Positions 49,230 through 61,492 of a stretch of DNA of 64,000 nt are shown here, piece by piece. The stretch is from Eledone cirrhosa (taxonomy: Eukaryota). The DNA is taken from the NCBI GenBank assembly GCA_964016885.1, contig OZ024743.1, positions 36,642,001-36,706,000 on the forward strand, given 5' to 3'. The notes beneath the pieces were generated by a model, which ran no database searches, was not told the origin of the DNA, and was given only the letters and a program-made list of their open reading frames with translations. Position 1 is the first letter of the stretch, and each line of letters opens with the position of its first letter. The translations under genes and the position numbers were made by a program.

Positions 49230-49276
<47 letters not shown>

Positions 49277-49489
49277 GAATGCCATGGTTGACGGAGGTTC
49301 GGCTCTGTAAGGTATAGTAATTTTTAACCGTTAAAACAATTGTAAATTGTTTAAAACTTGAACCAAATTGTTGATAAAGACACCCTCCTCCTCGTGAGAG
49401 GGGTCTTTCTGTCCGTTATTTGGCCCTTCGGGGTTAAATAACCAGTTATTGGGGTTTTGTACCCAAAATTTCATTTTAAACAAAAAAAC

Positions 49490-51586
49490 ATGGCTACGAA
49501 AAAGAAATTTCATACGTCACTCCCACTCATTCCGTCTTCTTCTTCCTCAATCATCACTACAGCAGAGAGAAGATTGTCTCTCTCCCTCCCTTCTTTAAAT
49601 GTGTCTCTCTCCCTCCCTTCTCTTTCGCAAGCGACGAAAGAAAAGAAAAGTCTCGTGCAAAGCGTGCAAGGTTTCTCCACGACCACGACGACAGCGACGA
49701 AACAGGTGTGCGGGAAATACGAAAACCCAGTTCATTCGTATGACGTTAGGAATAATAGCAGTAGCAGCCGTAATAACAACAGCAACAGTGACAATGAAAA
49801 CAACAGTAGCAGCCGCAACAGCATCACCAGCAGCATAAACAACAACAGCATTAGCAGCAGCAACACCAACAACAACCACAGCAACAGCGGCGGAGGCAGT
49901 AGTCGTAGTACCTGCAGCAACAACAAAAGTACCAGCAGCTCTGACGACAACAACAACAGCAGAGAAAAACCAATCTCATTTGCAGGTATTGCGAAAAACT
50001 TGGAAACAATCCTCATAACAAATGAGGAATTAGAGGAAGCGAAGAAGATGGTTACAAAGAACGGACACCGAGCAATCTGCAAGGCAGCGAAAAAATTTTT
50101 CGGAACCCAAGAGCACTGTACGGTCACGTACCGTACAGTAAGTACAAAATCCCGTAGGGTGGAAAGAGCCACAGAGGCCCAAATACAAAAAGCCTTGGGG
50201 TCTGTGTGGCAGCGGAAAACGCACATCACCCGAGGCAAAAAATATGCCACCGTAGACGTACTTTTTGCCACACCCCAGGAGGCAAAGGCCCAATCAGTAG
50301 TGACCCTAAGGAGCGAGGAAATGGTGTTGGTGCCCTCCTACTGTGGGCAAAAAATTGTGAGGGTCAAACTGACCCACGTCCCCCCCGGAATGACCCCTTC
50401 TTGGCTGGCCGCGTCTGTCCTCGTCGGAATCGAGGACAAAACAACTGTACTGCAAGTACAGAAAAAAGTAAGAGAAGATTGGGTCGGCTCCTCCATTGAG
50501 ATGCTAATCCAAACCAACCAGGAGTGCATCGAAGCTATCCCGGATGTGATAGACTTCGATAACGGCACTCAACTGCCCATAAGTGTTGAGGGCAAACGCC
50601 CGAAATGCTTTCGCTGTGGATCGAAGACTCACCTCAGGGCCTTCTGCAACGAGAAGACCCTGAGAAAGGAGAAAACCCCCCTCCTTCCGAATCCGGCTCC
50701 ACGGCTACCAGCAACAGGACAAGCGGCAACCAGGAACGATAGGCCCGTGGCACCCATACCCACTCCACGGAAATCAAAAACAGCAGCAGCAGTGGAAATA
50801 CTAACAACAACAACAGCAATACCAAATGCAGCTGCAACAGAGACTCCAGTGCAAACATCACCAACAACAACAAGTGAAAGAGTGGAGTTGGTACCCCTCC
50901 CCGACCTCACAGAATCAGACATGGAGTGTGAGGTGGGAGAGAGATGGCAAAAGGTCGTAAGAAGGCACAAACGCAGAAGCAGCGCATCGTCGCCTTTGAA
51001 AAGGGAGGAAAGAAATGAGAAAAGGGTAAAGTCTACTGCAAAGAGACCCACAGCAGCAACAACACCAACACCATCACCACCCACACTAGCGCCACCATCA
51101 CCACCGGCGACAACCCCACCGCCAACAACACCTTCAACACCACCACCACAAGCACCAACATCGCAAACACAACAACAAAACACACACACCCAGCAACAAC
51201 GACAAGAAAATAGCAGAACCACACCCCACCCCCAGAAAAACAAATGCACGGCAATAAATACACACAACAAGAAACTAATGACTTACATAATTGAACACAC
51301 AGACATTTCACAACAGGACTACATAATACCAGCACCAATCAAAACGCCAACTAACATAAGACTGCTAAAAATAGCACAGAAACAATACACAAACATTAAA
51401 ACGAAATTCCCCAACGCAGTTGGTGATTTCAGGGACCTAGGAGGAACCATCAATCGAAGAGTATACTCAGACATTCTCTTAGAAGAGCCGACGACCAGCC
51501 GAAGGGACGATTCAACGGTCCCTTCACCAGACGATCAAGTGAAAAGGGATGTAAAAACCATCCCTCCTCTACCAAAAGTACGGTAA
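49490..51586 (+). CDS. Tx1-like ORF1, copy 3
   Basis: One visible substitution (AAKKFF vs AAKNFF). Confidence 0.88.
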   Translation: MATKKKFHTSLPLIPSSSSSIITTAERRLSLSLPSLNVSLSLPSLSQATKEKKSLVQSVQGFSTTTTTATKQVCGKYENPVHSYDVRNNSSSSRNNNSNSDNENNSSSRNSITSSINNNSISSSNTNNNHSNSGGGSSRSTCSNNKSTSSSDDNNNSREKPISFAGIAKNLETILITNEELEEAKKMVTKNGHRAICKAAKKFFGTQEHCTVTYRTVSTKSRRVERATEAQIQKALGSVWQRKTHITRGKKYATVDVLFATPQEAKAQSVVTLRSEEMVLVPSYCGQKIVRVKLTHVPPGMTPSWLAASVLVGIEDKTTVLQVQKKVREDWVGSSIEMLIQTNQECIEAIPDVIDFDNGTQLPISVEGKRPKCFRCGSKTHLRAFCNEKTLRKEKTPLLPNPAPRLPATGQAATRNDRPVAPIPTPRKSKTAAAVEILTTTTAIPNAAATETPVQTSPTTTSERVELVPLPDLTESDMECEVGERWQKVVRRHKRRSSASSPLKREERNEKRVKSTAKRPTAATTPTPSPPTLAPPSPPATTPPPTTPSTPPPQAPTSQTQQQNTHTQQQRQENSRTTPHPQKNKCTAINTHNKKLMTYIIEHTDISQQDYIIPAPIKTPTNIRLLKIAQKQYTNIKTKFPNAVGDFRDLGGTINRRVYSDILLEEPTTSRRDDSTVPSPDDQVKRDVKTIPPLPKVR

Positions 51587-51621
51587 GTGGTCTTTCCCAT
51601 CTTTTCCACTCTATTTTAAAC

Positions 51622-54600
51622 ATGACCTCACTCAGAATAGGCAGCATAAATGCGCGTGGCTTGGGATCGTCATGGAAGCAGGGTCACCTGCTCAACGACC
51701 TCAGGTCACTAAACATAGATGTAGTGGCCATCAGCGAGACCAGAATCTCCGAAGCACGGGCCTTCGTACCGATCTTCGGCGGCTACGATGTGTACGCATC
51801 TCCCAGCCGTCCTGGATCGGGTGGAGGAGTTGCTGTGCTTTTTCGGAGAGGTTTGGATCTCGCCATACGGGCCATCTTCCTGGACCCAGAGGGTAAGCTG
51901 GTGGTGCTGGACGTGACCAGCGGAGACGGGCAAGCTTTCAGGCTAGTGGCCGTCTATGCCCCGACAGGAGCAGGGCGGCCTGATTTCTTCCGGCGTCTGG
52001 AGACCTTTCTTGGAACGTCCCGCTCTTTAGTGTTAGTGGGCGACTGGAACGGGATCTTAGATGCACGCTGGGACTGTGTGGGATTAGCGGATAGGGGTGG
52101 AGGGTGCAAGAGCCTCACCAACCTGCTCAGGCGTTTTGAACTGTCTGACAGGTACCGATTGGATTTCCCGAATGTGCCAATGTGGACTTGGACAAACCGC
52201 ATAGGGTCATCCAGATCATATCTAGATAGAGTATTTTGTAGGGAAATAGATAGGTCTAGCATAGGCTGTCCACAATTCAAGATAGTCAGCTACACGGACC
52301 ACAAATTCGTGACCTGTGTGCTTGACTTAGATAGGCTTCATAGACGAGGACCCGGCTACTGGAAGCTAAACGCGTCCTTACCAGCGCGCAAGGCCTACAG
52401 AGACCGGATTAGCGAACTAGTTAAGCGGGCGTTGACGGGGGCCATCGTCAACAACAAGTGGTGGTTTGCTCTGAAAAGAGCGATTAGAATAGAATCGATT
52501 AGGTTTAGTAAGGCTTTAGCAATAGAGAAAAATAGAGCAGAGGGAGAACTAGTTAGAAAATTAGACGAGGCGCTTAGCAAAGGCATTGCGACCGACGTGC
52601 TTGCGGCGAAATTGGCCCTTGACCAATTCTTCAATGCAAAGCACGAAGGCTGCGTTGTCAGAGCTAGGGTGCGTGCTCTCAGACACGAGGGGACGAAAGC
52701 CGTTCAATGGGCCCGAGTGGCGGAGGCGCGTCGTGGCAACAAAGCCACGATCCGGTCTTTGGTGGACCACGACGGGCGCATGCTACTCGATCCCGGGCAA
52801 ATGTGTGAAGCTTTTCAGCGACACTTCGCTCAGCTGTTCGGGGGCAGCGGGGGGCCGGGTAGAGGGATGGACTTTAGTGTCTACCTCGACGGGCTGCCGC
52901 GGCTCTCGGCCACTGAGGCGAGGTGTTGCGAAAAGCCGATAACAGCCGCTGAAGTACGGGAGGCAATGACTGGCTGCACAAGGGGTAAATCGCCTGGTTT
53001 GGATGGTCTGCCCTATGAACTTTACGTACAGATGCCAGACTTGTTCGGAGGCCTCTTGGCGGACGTCTACTGCAACTGGCAACAGAACGGGAGAATTCCC
53101 AGTTCTGTGAGCCGAGGAGCGGTGGCACTGCTGAGAAAGGATCCGAACAAGGGGGATAACATAGACAATTTCCGGCCCATAACTCTGCTAAACACAGAGT
53201 TTAAGATTTTGGCCAAGGTGCTAGCAAAGAGGTTGGCGCTTGTCGTTGGTGGTCTGGTGGGAGAGGCGCAGACATGCGCCATTCCCGACAGATCCATCCA
53301 CGACAACCTCCACCTCATGCGATACATCGTAGAGAGGGTAGCTAGGGAACCTGGCACGGGTGGGTCCTTGATCAATTTAGATCAGTCGAAAGCTTTCGAT
53401 AGGGTCGACCATCGTTACCTAGCGGCAGTCCTGAGGGCGGCTGGCTTTGGGCCCGTCTTCAGAGGCTGGATCGCTGCCATGCACAGCGACATCTGCTCTG
53501 TGGTGAGAGTGAACGGTCACCTGTCGGAACCGTTCAACATCATGCGCTCGGTCCGCCAAGGATGTCCCCTCTCGTCCCTCTTGTACGTATTGACTCTCGA
53601 GCCATTACTGCACAAACTGGAGACGTTGAGGGGAGTCCCGCGCGAACTAGGATGCGGAAGATCCGTGTCAGCATATGCGGACGATGTCACCGTAGTGGTG
53701 TCGAACGCCAAACACATCGAGGCGATCGGCACTACACTAAGAGAATACGAAGCGGTGACAGGAGCAATGATCAACCAGGAAAAGTCAGTGGGCCTGCAGC
53801 TCGGCACCTGGAGAGGCAGGTCCATGCCGTCCAACAGCGTCGTCGGGCGCTGGACGGACGGACCGGTTAAATTGCTAGGGGTCTGGTTCGGTCCGGACCT
53901 CCAGACGGACAAAAACTGGGACGAGGTGACGAGCAGGGTGGCTTCTCTCACCCAGAAATGGGCGGAGAGGAAGCTATCCCTGAAAGGTCGAGCGGAGGTG
54001 GCTAACGCGTACATCGCGTCTGTCATCTGCTACCGCCTAACCGTCGTACCTTGTCCTAAGCCTCGCCTGACTGCGCTGGAGCGTTTGCTCTTTCGCTTTT
54101 TGTGGAAGGGACGTGCTCCGATGGTCAGGCGGTCCATCTGTTGTCAACACCCGCTACGTGGAGGGCTGGGCATGCCGTGGCTGATGATGCGCAGGCACGC
54201 GCTCAGGCTACGACATCTCCACCTCTTCCTCGACGGTGATCAGGTGTGGTCGCCGTTTGCTAGACGCGTTTTTCCCCAGCTCGTTTCCTTGACGGAGCTG
54301 CAGTCCTGGGTCAAGCGAAGACCGAGAGGGAGCGCCTGGAGACTGGAATGTCTTCAGGCGCTCACAGCCCTCGACCAATCGGGCAATGTGATCGGTGGAA
54401 ACTCCACCTCGGCGTTCTATAGAGGATTAGTGGAGGGGAAGAGCGACGACGTACTTGGGGAAACTCTAGGCGTCGACGAAAATCAACTAGCCAATCTCTT
54501 CGGAAGAACTTTCGGGCCAGGGCCTATGGACAACTTCCAGAAATCTCTGGCCTGGCAGTGCTACCGAGGAGCCTTGCCAGTTCGGGATAAACTCTACAGG

Positions 54601-55041
54601 CATGGAGGTGCCGTCAGCCGGGCATGTCCGAGATGCGCGCAGGGCGACGAAACCGTCCTGCACGCACTCGTCCAGTGTCCGAAAATTGCTGACTTGTGGG
54701 TTTATGTCGAACACCTGCTGTCGCGTTTAGGACGGATCCAGCTATCATCTGAGTCTATCGTGAGGATTGCCCCGCCCTCCTCCTTTAGCCGGGAAGGGCA
54801 GGCAGTTTTTATCTGTCTGGTGGCCATGGCGAAAGAGATAGTATGGTGGACACGTTTGAAAGGGCTGAAGACGAGCACTTACCTCTTCGGTGATGCTCTG
54901 ATTGACTTTTTCAAATTTCATTTGAAAAGGAAAATCAGAGTAGAGAAGGAAGTGCTCTCTTCCCAGCATTTTGTTGAAAGATGGGTGAGAGAAGCAAGAA
55001 TGGCCCGAGTGAATGGGCCGACTCTGAGTATATATCTGTAA
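51622..55041 (+). CDS. Tx1-like ORF2 (APE, RT, CCHC; 1139 aa), copy 3, intact
   Basis: Same motifs as copy 1, no stop. Confidence 0.95.
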   Translation: MTSLRIGSINARGLGSSWKQGHLLNDLRSLNIDVVAISETRISEARAFVPIFGGYDVYASPSRPGSGGGVAVLFRRGLDLAIRAIFLDPEGKLVVLDVTSGDGQAFRLVAVYAPTGAGRPDFFRRLETFLGTSRSLVLVGDWNGILDARWDCVGLADRGGGCKSLTNLLRRFELSDRYRLDFPNVPMWTWTNRIGSSRSYLDRVFCREIDRSSIGCPQFKIVSYTDHKFVTCVLDLDRLHRRGPGYWKLNASLPARKAYRDRISELVKRALTGAIVNNKWWFALKRAIRIESIRFSKALAIEKNRAEGELVRKLDEALSKGIATDVLAAKLALDQFFNAKHEGCVVRARVRALRHEGTKAVQWARVAEARRGNKATIRSLVDHDGRMLLDPGQMCEAFQRHFAQLFGGSGGPGRGMDFSVYLDGLPRLSATEARCCEKPITAAEVREAMTGCTRGKSPGLDGLPYELYVQMPDLFGGLLADVYCNWQQNGRIPSSVSRGAVALLRKDPNKGDNIDNFRPITLLNTEFKILAKVLAKRLALVVGGLVGEAQTCAIPDRSIHDNLHLMRYIVERVAREPGTGGSLINLDQSKAFDRVDHRYLAAVLRAAGFGPVFRGWIAAMHSDICSVVRVNGHLSEPFNIMRSVRQGCPLSSLLYVLTLEPLLHKLETLRGVPRELGCGRSVSAYADDVTVVVSNAKHIEAIGTTLREYEAVTGAMINQEKSVGLQLGTWRGRSMPSNSVVGRWTDGPVKLLGVWFGPDLQTDKNWDEVTSRVASLTQKWAERKLSLKGRAEVANAYIASVICYRLTVVPCPKPRLTALERLLFRFLWKGRAPMVRRSICCQHPLRGGLGMPWLMMRRHALRLRHLHLFLDGDQVWSPFARRVFPQLVSLTELQSWVKRRPRGSAWRLECLQALTALDQSGNVIGGNSTSAFYRGLVEGKSDDVLGETLGVDENQLANLFGRTFGPGPMDNFQKSLAWQCYRGALPVRDKLYRHGGAVSRACPRCAQGDETVLHALVQCPKIADLWVYVEHLLSRLGRIQLSSESIVRIAPPSSFSREGQAVFICLVAMAKEIVWWTRLKGLKTSTYLFGDALIDFFKFHLKRKIRVEKEVLSSQHFVERWVREARMARVNGPTLSIYL

Positions 55042-55432
55042 ACTAAAGGTGGAAAACTGGGAGAGGGCACTTGCCTTGGTGGTCAGGGTCATTGTGGCTT
55101 TTTACTGGGCTTTCTCCACAAATGTCCCTCCGAAGTCTCCCCCCTATTGGGGAATTTTTCATTGTTATTTTCATTGTTATTTTTGTTACATCCTCTGTTT
55201 TTGTTTTTTTACACGCAGAAATGCCCATTTGTACCGTCCTGCATTGTCCTGCACTGTCCTTAATGTCTACTTTATGTAAACCCTTGTGGTTAATAAAGAA
55301 ATCATTGTTATTTTTGTTACATCCTCTGTTTTTGTTTTTTTACACGCAGAAATGCCCATTTGTACCGTCCTGCATTGTCCTGCACTGTCCTTAATGTCTA
55401 CTTTATGTAAACCCTTGTGGTTAATAAAGAAA

Positions 55433-55467
<35 letters not shown>

Positions 55468-55680
55468 GAATGCCATGGTTGACGGAGGTTCGGCTCTGTA
55501 AGGTATAGTAATTTTTAACCGTTAAAACAATTGTAAATTGTTTAAAACTTGAACCAAATTGTTGATAAAGACACCCTCCTCCTCGTGAGAGGGGTCTTTC
55601 TGTCCGTTATTTGGCCCTTCGGGGTTAAATAACCAGTTATTGGGGTTTTGTACCCAAAATTTCATTTTAAACAAAAAAAC

Positions 55681-57777
55681 ATGGCTACGAAAAAGAAATT
55701 TCATACGTCACTCCCACTCATTCCGTCTTCTTCTTCCTCAATCATCACTACAGCAGAGAGAAGATTGTCTCTCTCCCTCCCTTCTTTAAATGTGTCTCTC
55801 TCCCTCCCTTCTCTTTCGCAAGCGACGAAAGAAAAGAAAAGTCTCGTGCAAAGCGTGCAAGGTTTCTCCACGACCACGACGACAGCGACGAAACAGGTGT
55901 GCGGGAAATACGAAAACCCAGTTCATTCGTATGACGTTAGGAATAATAGCAGTAGCAGCCGTAATAACAACAGCAACAGTGACAATGAAAACAACAGTAG
56001 CAGCCGCAACAGCATCACCAGCAGCATAAACAACAACAGCATTAGCAGCAGCAACACCAACAACAACCACAGCAACAGCGGCGGAGGCAGTAGTCGTAGT
56101 ACCTGCAGCAACAACAAAAGTACCAGCAGCTCTGACGACAACAACAACAGCAGAGAAAAACCAATCTCATTTGCAGGTATTGCGAAAAACTTGGAAACAA
56201 TCCTCATAACAAATGAGGAATTAGAGGAAGCGAAGAAGATGGTGACAAAGAACGGACACCGAGCAATCTGCAAGGCAGCGAAAAATTTTTTCGGAACCCA
56301 AGAGCACTGTACGGTCACGTACCGTACAGTAAGTACAAAATCCCGTAGGGTGGAAAGAGCCACAGAGGCCCAAATACAAAAAGCCTTGGGGTCTGTGTGG
56401 CAGCGGAAAACGCACATCACCCGAGGCAAAAAATATGCCACCGTAGACGTACTTTTTGCCACACCCCAGGAGGCAAAGGCCCAATCAGTAGTGACCCTAA
56501 GGAGCGAGGAAATGGTGTTGGTGCCCTCCTACTGTGGGCAAAAAATTGTGAGGGTCAAACTGACCCACGTCCCCCCCGGAATGACCCCTTCTTGGCTGGC
56601 CGCGTCTGTCCTCGTCGGAATCGAGGACAAAACAACTGTACTGCAAGTACAGAAAAAAGTAAGAGAAGATTGGGTCGGCTCCTCCATTGAGATGCTAATC
56701 CAAACCAACCAGGAGTGCATCGAAGCTATCCCGGATGTGATAGACTTCGATAACGGCACTCAACTGCCCATAAGTGTTGAGGGCAAACGCCCGAAATGCT
56801 TTCGCTGTGGATCGAAGACTCACCTCAGGGCCTTCTGCAACGAGAAGACCCTGAGAAAGGAGAAAACCCCCCTCCTTCCGAATCCGGCTCCACGGCTACC
56901 AGCAACAGGACAAGCGGCAACCAGGAACGATAGGCCCGTGGCACCCATACCCACTCCACGGAAATCAAAAACAGCAGCAGCAGTGGAAATACTAACAACA
57001 ACAACAGCAATACCAAATGCAGCTGCAACAGAGACTCCAGTGCAAACATCACCAACAACAACAAGTGAAAGAGTGGAGTTGGTACCCCTCCCCGACCTCA
57101 CAGAATCAGACATGGAGTGTGAGGTGGGAGAGAGATGGCAAAAGGTCGTAAGAAGGCACAAACGCAGAAGCAGCGCATCGTCGCCTTTGAAAAGGGAGGA
57201 AAGAAATGAGAAAAGGGTAAAGTCTACTGCAAAGAGACCCACAGCAGCAACAACACCAACACCATCACCACCCACACTAGCGCCACCATCACCACCGGCG
57301 ACAACCCCACCGCCAACAACACCTTCAACACCACCACCACAAGCACCAACATCGCAAACACAACAACAAAACACACACACCCAGCAACAACGACAAGAAA
57401 ATAGCAGAACCACACCCCACCCCCAGAAAAACAAATGCACGGCAATAAATACACACAACAAGAAACTAATGACTTACATAATTGAACACACAGACATTTC
57501 ACAACAGGACTACATAATACCAGCACCAATCAAAACGCCAACTAACATAAGACTGCTAAAAATAGCACAGAAACAATACACAAACATTAAAACGAAATTC
57601 CCCAACGCAGTTGGTGATTTCAGGGACCTAGGAGGAACCATCAATCGAAGAGTATACTCAGACATTCTCTTAGAAGAGCCGACGACCAGCCGAAGGGACG
57701 ATTCAACGGTCCCTTCACCAGACGATCAAGTGAAAAGGGATGTAAAAACCATCCCTCCTCTACCAAAAGTACGGTAA
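55681..57777 (+). CDS. Tx1-like ORF1, copy 4
   Basis: Translation identical to copy 1. Confidence 0.88.
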   Translation: MATKKKFHTSLPLIPSSSSSIITTAERRLSLSLPSLNVSLSLPSLSQATKEKKSLVQSVQGFSTTTTTATKQVCGKYENPVHSYDVRNNSSSSRNNNSNSDNENNSSSRNSITSSINNNSISSSNTNNNHSNSGGGSSRSTCSNNKSTSSSDDNNNSREKPISFAGIAKNLETILITNEELEEAKKMVTKNGHRAICKAAKNFFGTQEHCTVTYRTVSTKSRRVERATEAQIQKALGSVWQRKTHITRGKKYATVDVLFATPQEAKAQSVVTLRSEEMVLVPSYCGQKIVRVKLTHVPPGMTPSWLAASVLVGIEDKTTVLQVQKKVREDWVGSSIEMLIQTNQECIEAIPDVIDFDNGTQLPISVEGKRPKCFRCGSKTHLRAFCNEKTLRKEKTPLLPNPAPRLPATGQAATRNDRPVAPIPTPRKSKTAAAVEILTTTTAIPNAAATETPVQTSPTTTSERVELVPLPDLTESDMECEVGERWQKVVRRHKRRSSASSPLKREERNEKRVKSTAKRPTAATTPTPSPPTLAPPSPPATTPPPTTPSTPPPQAPTSQTQQQNTHTQQQRQENSRTTPHPQKNKCTAINTHNKKLMTYIIEHTDISQQDYIIPAPIKTPTNIRLLKIAQKQYTNIKTKFPNAVGDFRDLGGTINRRVYSDILLEEPTTSRRDDSTVPSPDDQVKRDVKTIPPLPKVR

Positions 57778-57812
57778 GTGGTCTTTCCCATCTTTTCCAC
57801 TCTATTTTAAAC

Positions 57813-60800
57813 ATGACCTCACTCAGAATAGGCAGCATAAATGCGCGTGGCTTGGGATCGTCATGGAAGCAGGGTCACCTGCTCAACGACCTCAGGTCAC
57901 TAAACATAGATGTAGTGGCCATCAGCGAGACCAGAATCTCCGAAGCACGGGCCTTCGTACCGATCTTCGGCGGCTACGATGTGTACGCATCTCCCAGCCG
58001 TCCTGGATCGGGTGGAGGAGTTGCTGTGCTTTTTCGGAGAGGTTTGGATCTCGCCATACGGGCCATCTTCCTGGACCCAGAGGGTAAGCTGGTGGTGCTG
58101 GACGTGACCAGCGGAGACGGGCAAGCTTTCAGGCTAGTGGCCGTCTATGCCCCGACAGGAGCAGGGCGGCCTGATTTCTTCCGGCGTCTGGAGACCTTTC
58201 TTGGAACGTCCCGCTCTTTAGTGTTAGTGGGCGACTAGAACGGGATCTTAGATGCACGCTGGGACTGTGTGGGATTAGCGGATAGGGGTGGAGGGTGCAA
58301 GAGCCTCACCAACCTGCTCAGGCGTTTTGAACTGTATGACAGGTACCGATTGGATTTCCCGAATGTGCCAATGTGGACTTGGACAAACCGCATAGGGTCA
58401 TCCAGATCATATCTAGATAGAGTATTTTGTAGGGAAATAGATAGGTCTAGCATAGGCTGTCCACAATTCAAGATAGTCAGCTACACGGACCACAAATTCG
58501 TGATCTGTGTGCTTGACTTAGATAGGCTTCATAGACGAGGACCCGGCTACTGGAAGCTAAACGCGTCCTTACCAGCGCGCAAGGCCTACAGAGACCGGAT
58601 TAGCGAACTAGTTAAGCGGGCGTTGACGGGGGCCATCGTCAACAACAAGTGGTGGTTTGCTCTGAAAAGAGCAATTAGAATAGAGTCCATTAGGTTTAGT
58701 AAGGCTTTAGCAATAGAGAAAAATAGAGCAGAGGGAGAACTAGTTAGAAAATTAGACGAGGCGCTTAGCAAAGGCATTGCGACCGACGTGCTTGCGGCGA
58801 AATTGGCCCTTGACCAATTCTTCAATGCAAAGCACGAAGGCTGCGTTGTCAGAGCTAGGGTGCGTGCTCTCAGACACGAGGGGACGAAAGCCGTTCAATG
58901 GGCCCGAGTGGCGGAGGCGCGTCGTGGCAACAAAGCCACGATCCGGTCTTTGGTGGACCACGACGGGCGCATGCTACTCGATCCCGGGCAAATGTGTGAA
59001 GCTTTTCAGCGACACTTCGCTCAGCTGTTCGGGGGCAGCGGGGGGCCGGGTAGAGGGATGGACTTTAGTGTCTACCTCGACGGACTGCCGTGGCTCTCGG
59101 CCACTGAGGCGGAGTGTTGCGAAAAGCCGATAACAGCCGCTGAAGTAAGGGAGGCAATGACTGGCTGCACAAGGGGTAAATCGCCTGGTTTGGATGGTCT
59201 GCCCTATGAACTTTACGTACAGATGCCAGACTTGTTCGGAGGCCTCTTGGCGGACGTCTACTGCAACTGGCAACAGAACGGGAGAATTCCCAGTTCTGTG
59301 AGCCGAGGAGCGGTGGCACTGCTGAGAAAGGATCCGAACAAGGGGGATAACATAGACAATTTCCGGCCCATAACTCTGCTAAACACAGAGTTTAAGATTT
59401 TGGCCAAGGTGCTAGCAAAGAGGTTGGCGCTTGTCGTTGGTGGTCTGGTGGGAGAGGCGCAGACATGCGCCATTCCCGACAGATCCATCCACGATAACCT
59501 CCACCTCATGCGATACATCGTAGAGAGGGTAGCTAGGGAACCTGGCACGGGTGGGTCCTTGATCAATTTAGATCAGTCGAAAGCTTTCGATAGGGTCGAC
59601 CATCGTTACCTAGCGGCAGTCCTGAGGGCGGCTGGCTTTGGGCCCGTCTTCAGAGGCTGGATCGCTGCCATGCACAGCGACATCTGCTCTGTGGTGAGAG
59701 TGAACGGTCACCTGTCGGAACCGTTCAACATCATGCGCTCGGTCCGCCAAGGATGTCCCCTCTCGTCCCTCTTGTACGTATTGACTCTCGAGCCATTACT
59801 GCACAAACTGGAGACGTTGAGGGGAGTCCCGCGCGAACTAGGATGCGGAAGATCCGTGTCAGCATATGCGGACGATGTCACCGTAGTGGTGTCGAACGCC
59901 AAACACATCGAGGCGATCGGCACTACACTAAGAGAATACGAAGCGGTGACAGGAGCAATGATCAACCAGGAAAAGTCAGTGGGCCTGCAGCTCGGCACCT
60001 GGAGAGGCAGGTCCATGCCGTCCAACAGCGTCGTCGGGCGCTGGACGGACGGACCGGTTAAATTGCTAGGGGTCTGGTTCGGTCCGGACCTCCAGACGGA
60101 CAAAAACTGGGACGAGGTGACGAGCAGGGTGGCTTCTCTCACCCAGAAATGGGCGGAGAGGAAGCTATCCCTGAAAGGTCGAGCGGAGGTGGCTAACGCG
60201 TACATCGCGTCTGTCATCTGCTACCGCCTAACCGTCGTACCTTGTCCTAAGCCTCGCCTGACTGCGCTGGAGCGTTTGCTCTTTCGCTTTTTGTGGAAGG
60301 GACGTGCTCCGATGGTCAGGCGGTCCATCTGTTGTCAACACCCGCTACGTGGAGGGCTGGGCATGCCGTGGCTGATGATGCGCAGGCACGCGCTCAGGCT
60401 ACGACATCTCCACCTCTTCCTCGACGGTGATCAGGTGTGGTCGCCGTTTGCTAGACGCGTTTTTCCCCAGCTCGTTTCCTTGACGGAGCTGCAGTCCTGG
60501 GTCAAGCGAAGACCGAGAGGGAGCGCCTGGAGACTGGAATGTCTTCAGGCGCTCACAGCCCTCGACCAATCGGGCAATGTGATCGGTGGAAACTCCACCT
60601 CGGCGTTCTATAGAGGATTAGTGGAGGGGAAGAGCGACGACGTACTTGGGGAAACTCTAGGCGTCGACGAAAATCAACTAGCCAATCTCTTCGGAAGAAC
60701 TTTCGGGCCAGGGCCTATGGACAACTTCCAGAAATCTCTGGCCTGGCAGTGCTACCGAGGAGCCTTGCCAGTTCGGGATAAACTCTACAGGCATGGAGGT

Positions 60801-61232
60801 GCCGTCAGCCGGGCATGTCCGAGATGCGCGCAGGGCGACGAAACCGTCCTGCACGCACTCGTCCAGTGTCCGAAAATTGCTGACTTGTGGGTTTATGTCG
60901 AACACCTGCTGTCGCGTTTAGGACGGATCCAGTTATCATCTGAGTCTATCGTGAGGATTGCCCCGCCCTCCTCCTTTAGCCGGGAAGGGCAGGCAGTTTT
61001 TATCTGTCTGGTGGCCATGGCGAAAGAGATAGTATGGTGGACACGTTTGAAAGGGCTGAAGACGAGCACTTACCTCTTCGGTGATGCTCTGATTGACTTT
61101 TTCAAATTTCATTTGAAAAGGAAAATCAGAGTAGAGAAGGAAGTGCTCTCTTCCCAGCATTTTGTTGAAAGATGGGTGAGAGAAGCAAGAATGGCCCGAG
61201 TGAATGGGCCGACTCTGAGTATATATCTGTAA
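57813..61232 (+). pseudogene. Tx1-like ORF2 copy 4, interrupted by the same TGG>TAG stop
   Basis: Stop at 58236-58238. Confidence 0.92.
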
Positions 61233-61492
61233 ACTAAAGGTGGAAAACTGGGAGAGGGCACTTGCCTTGGTGGTCAGGGTCATTGTGGCTTTTTACTGGG
61301 CTTTCTCCACAAATGTCTCTCCGAAGTCTCCCCCCTATTGGGGAATTTTTCATTGTTATTTTCATTGTTATTTTTGTTACATCCTCTGTTTTTGTTTTTT
61401 TACACGCAGAAATGCCCATTTGTACCGTCCTGCATTGTCCTGCACTGTCCTTAATGTCTACTTTATGTAAACCCTTGTGGTTAATAAAGAAA

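Larger units (their letters stand above)
43204..49231 (+). mobile_element. Tx1-like element copy 2 (ORF2 nonsense allele)
   Basis: Near-identical to copy 1 at a 6060-bp offset; followed by (ATT)15. Confidence 0.93.
49277..55434 (+). mobile_element. Tx1-like element copy 3, intact, with a 131-bp duplicated 3' end
   Basis: 55304-55434 repeats 55173-55303; followed by (ATT)11. Confidence 0.93.
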
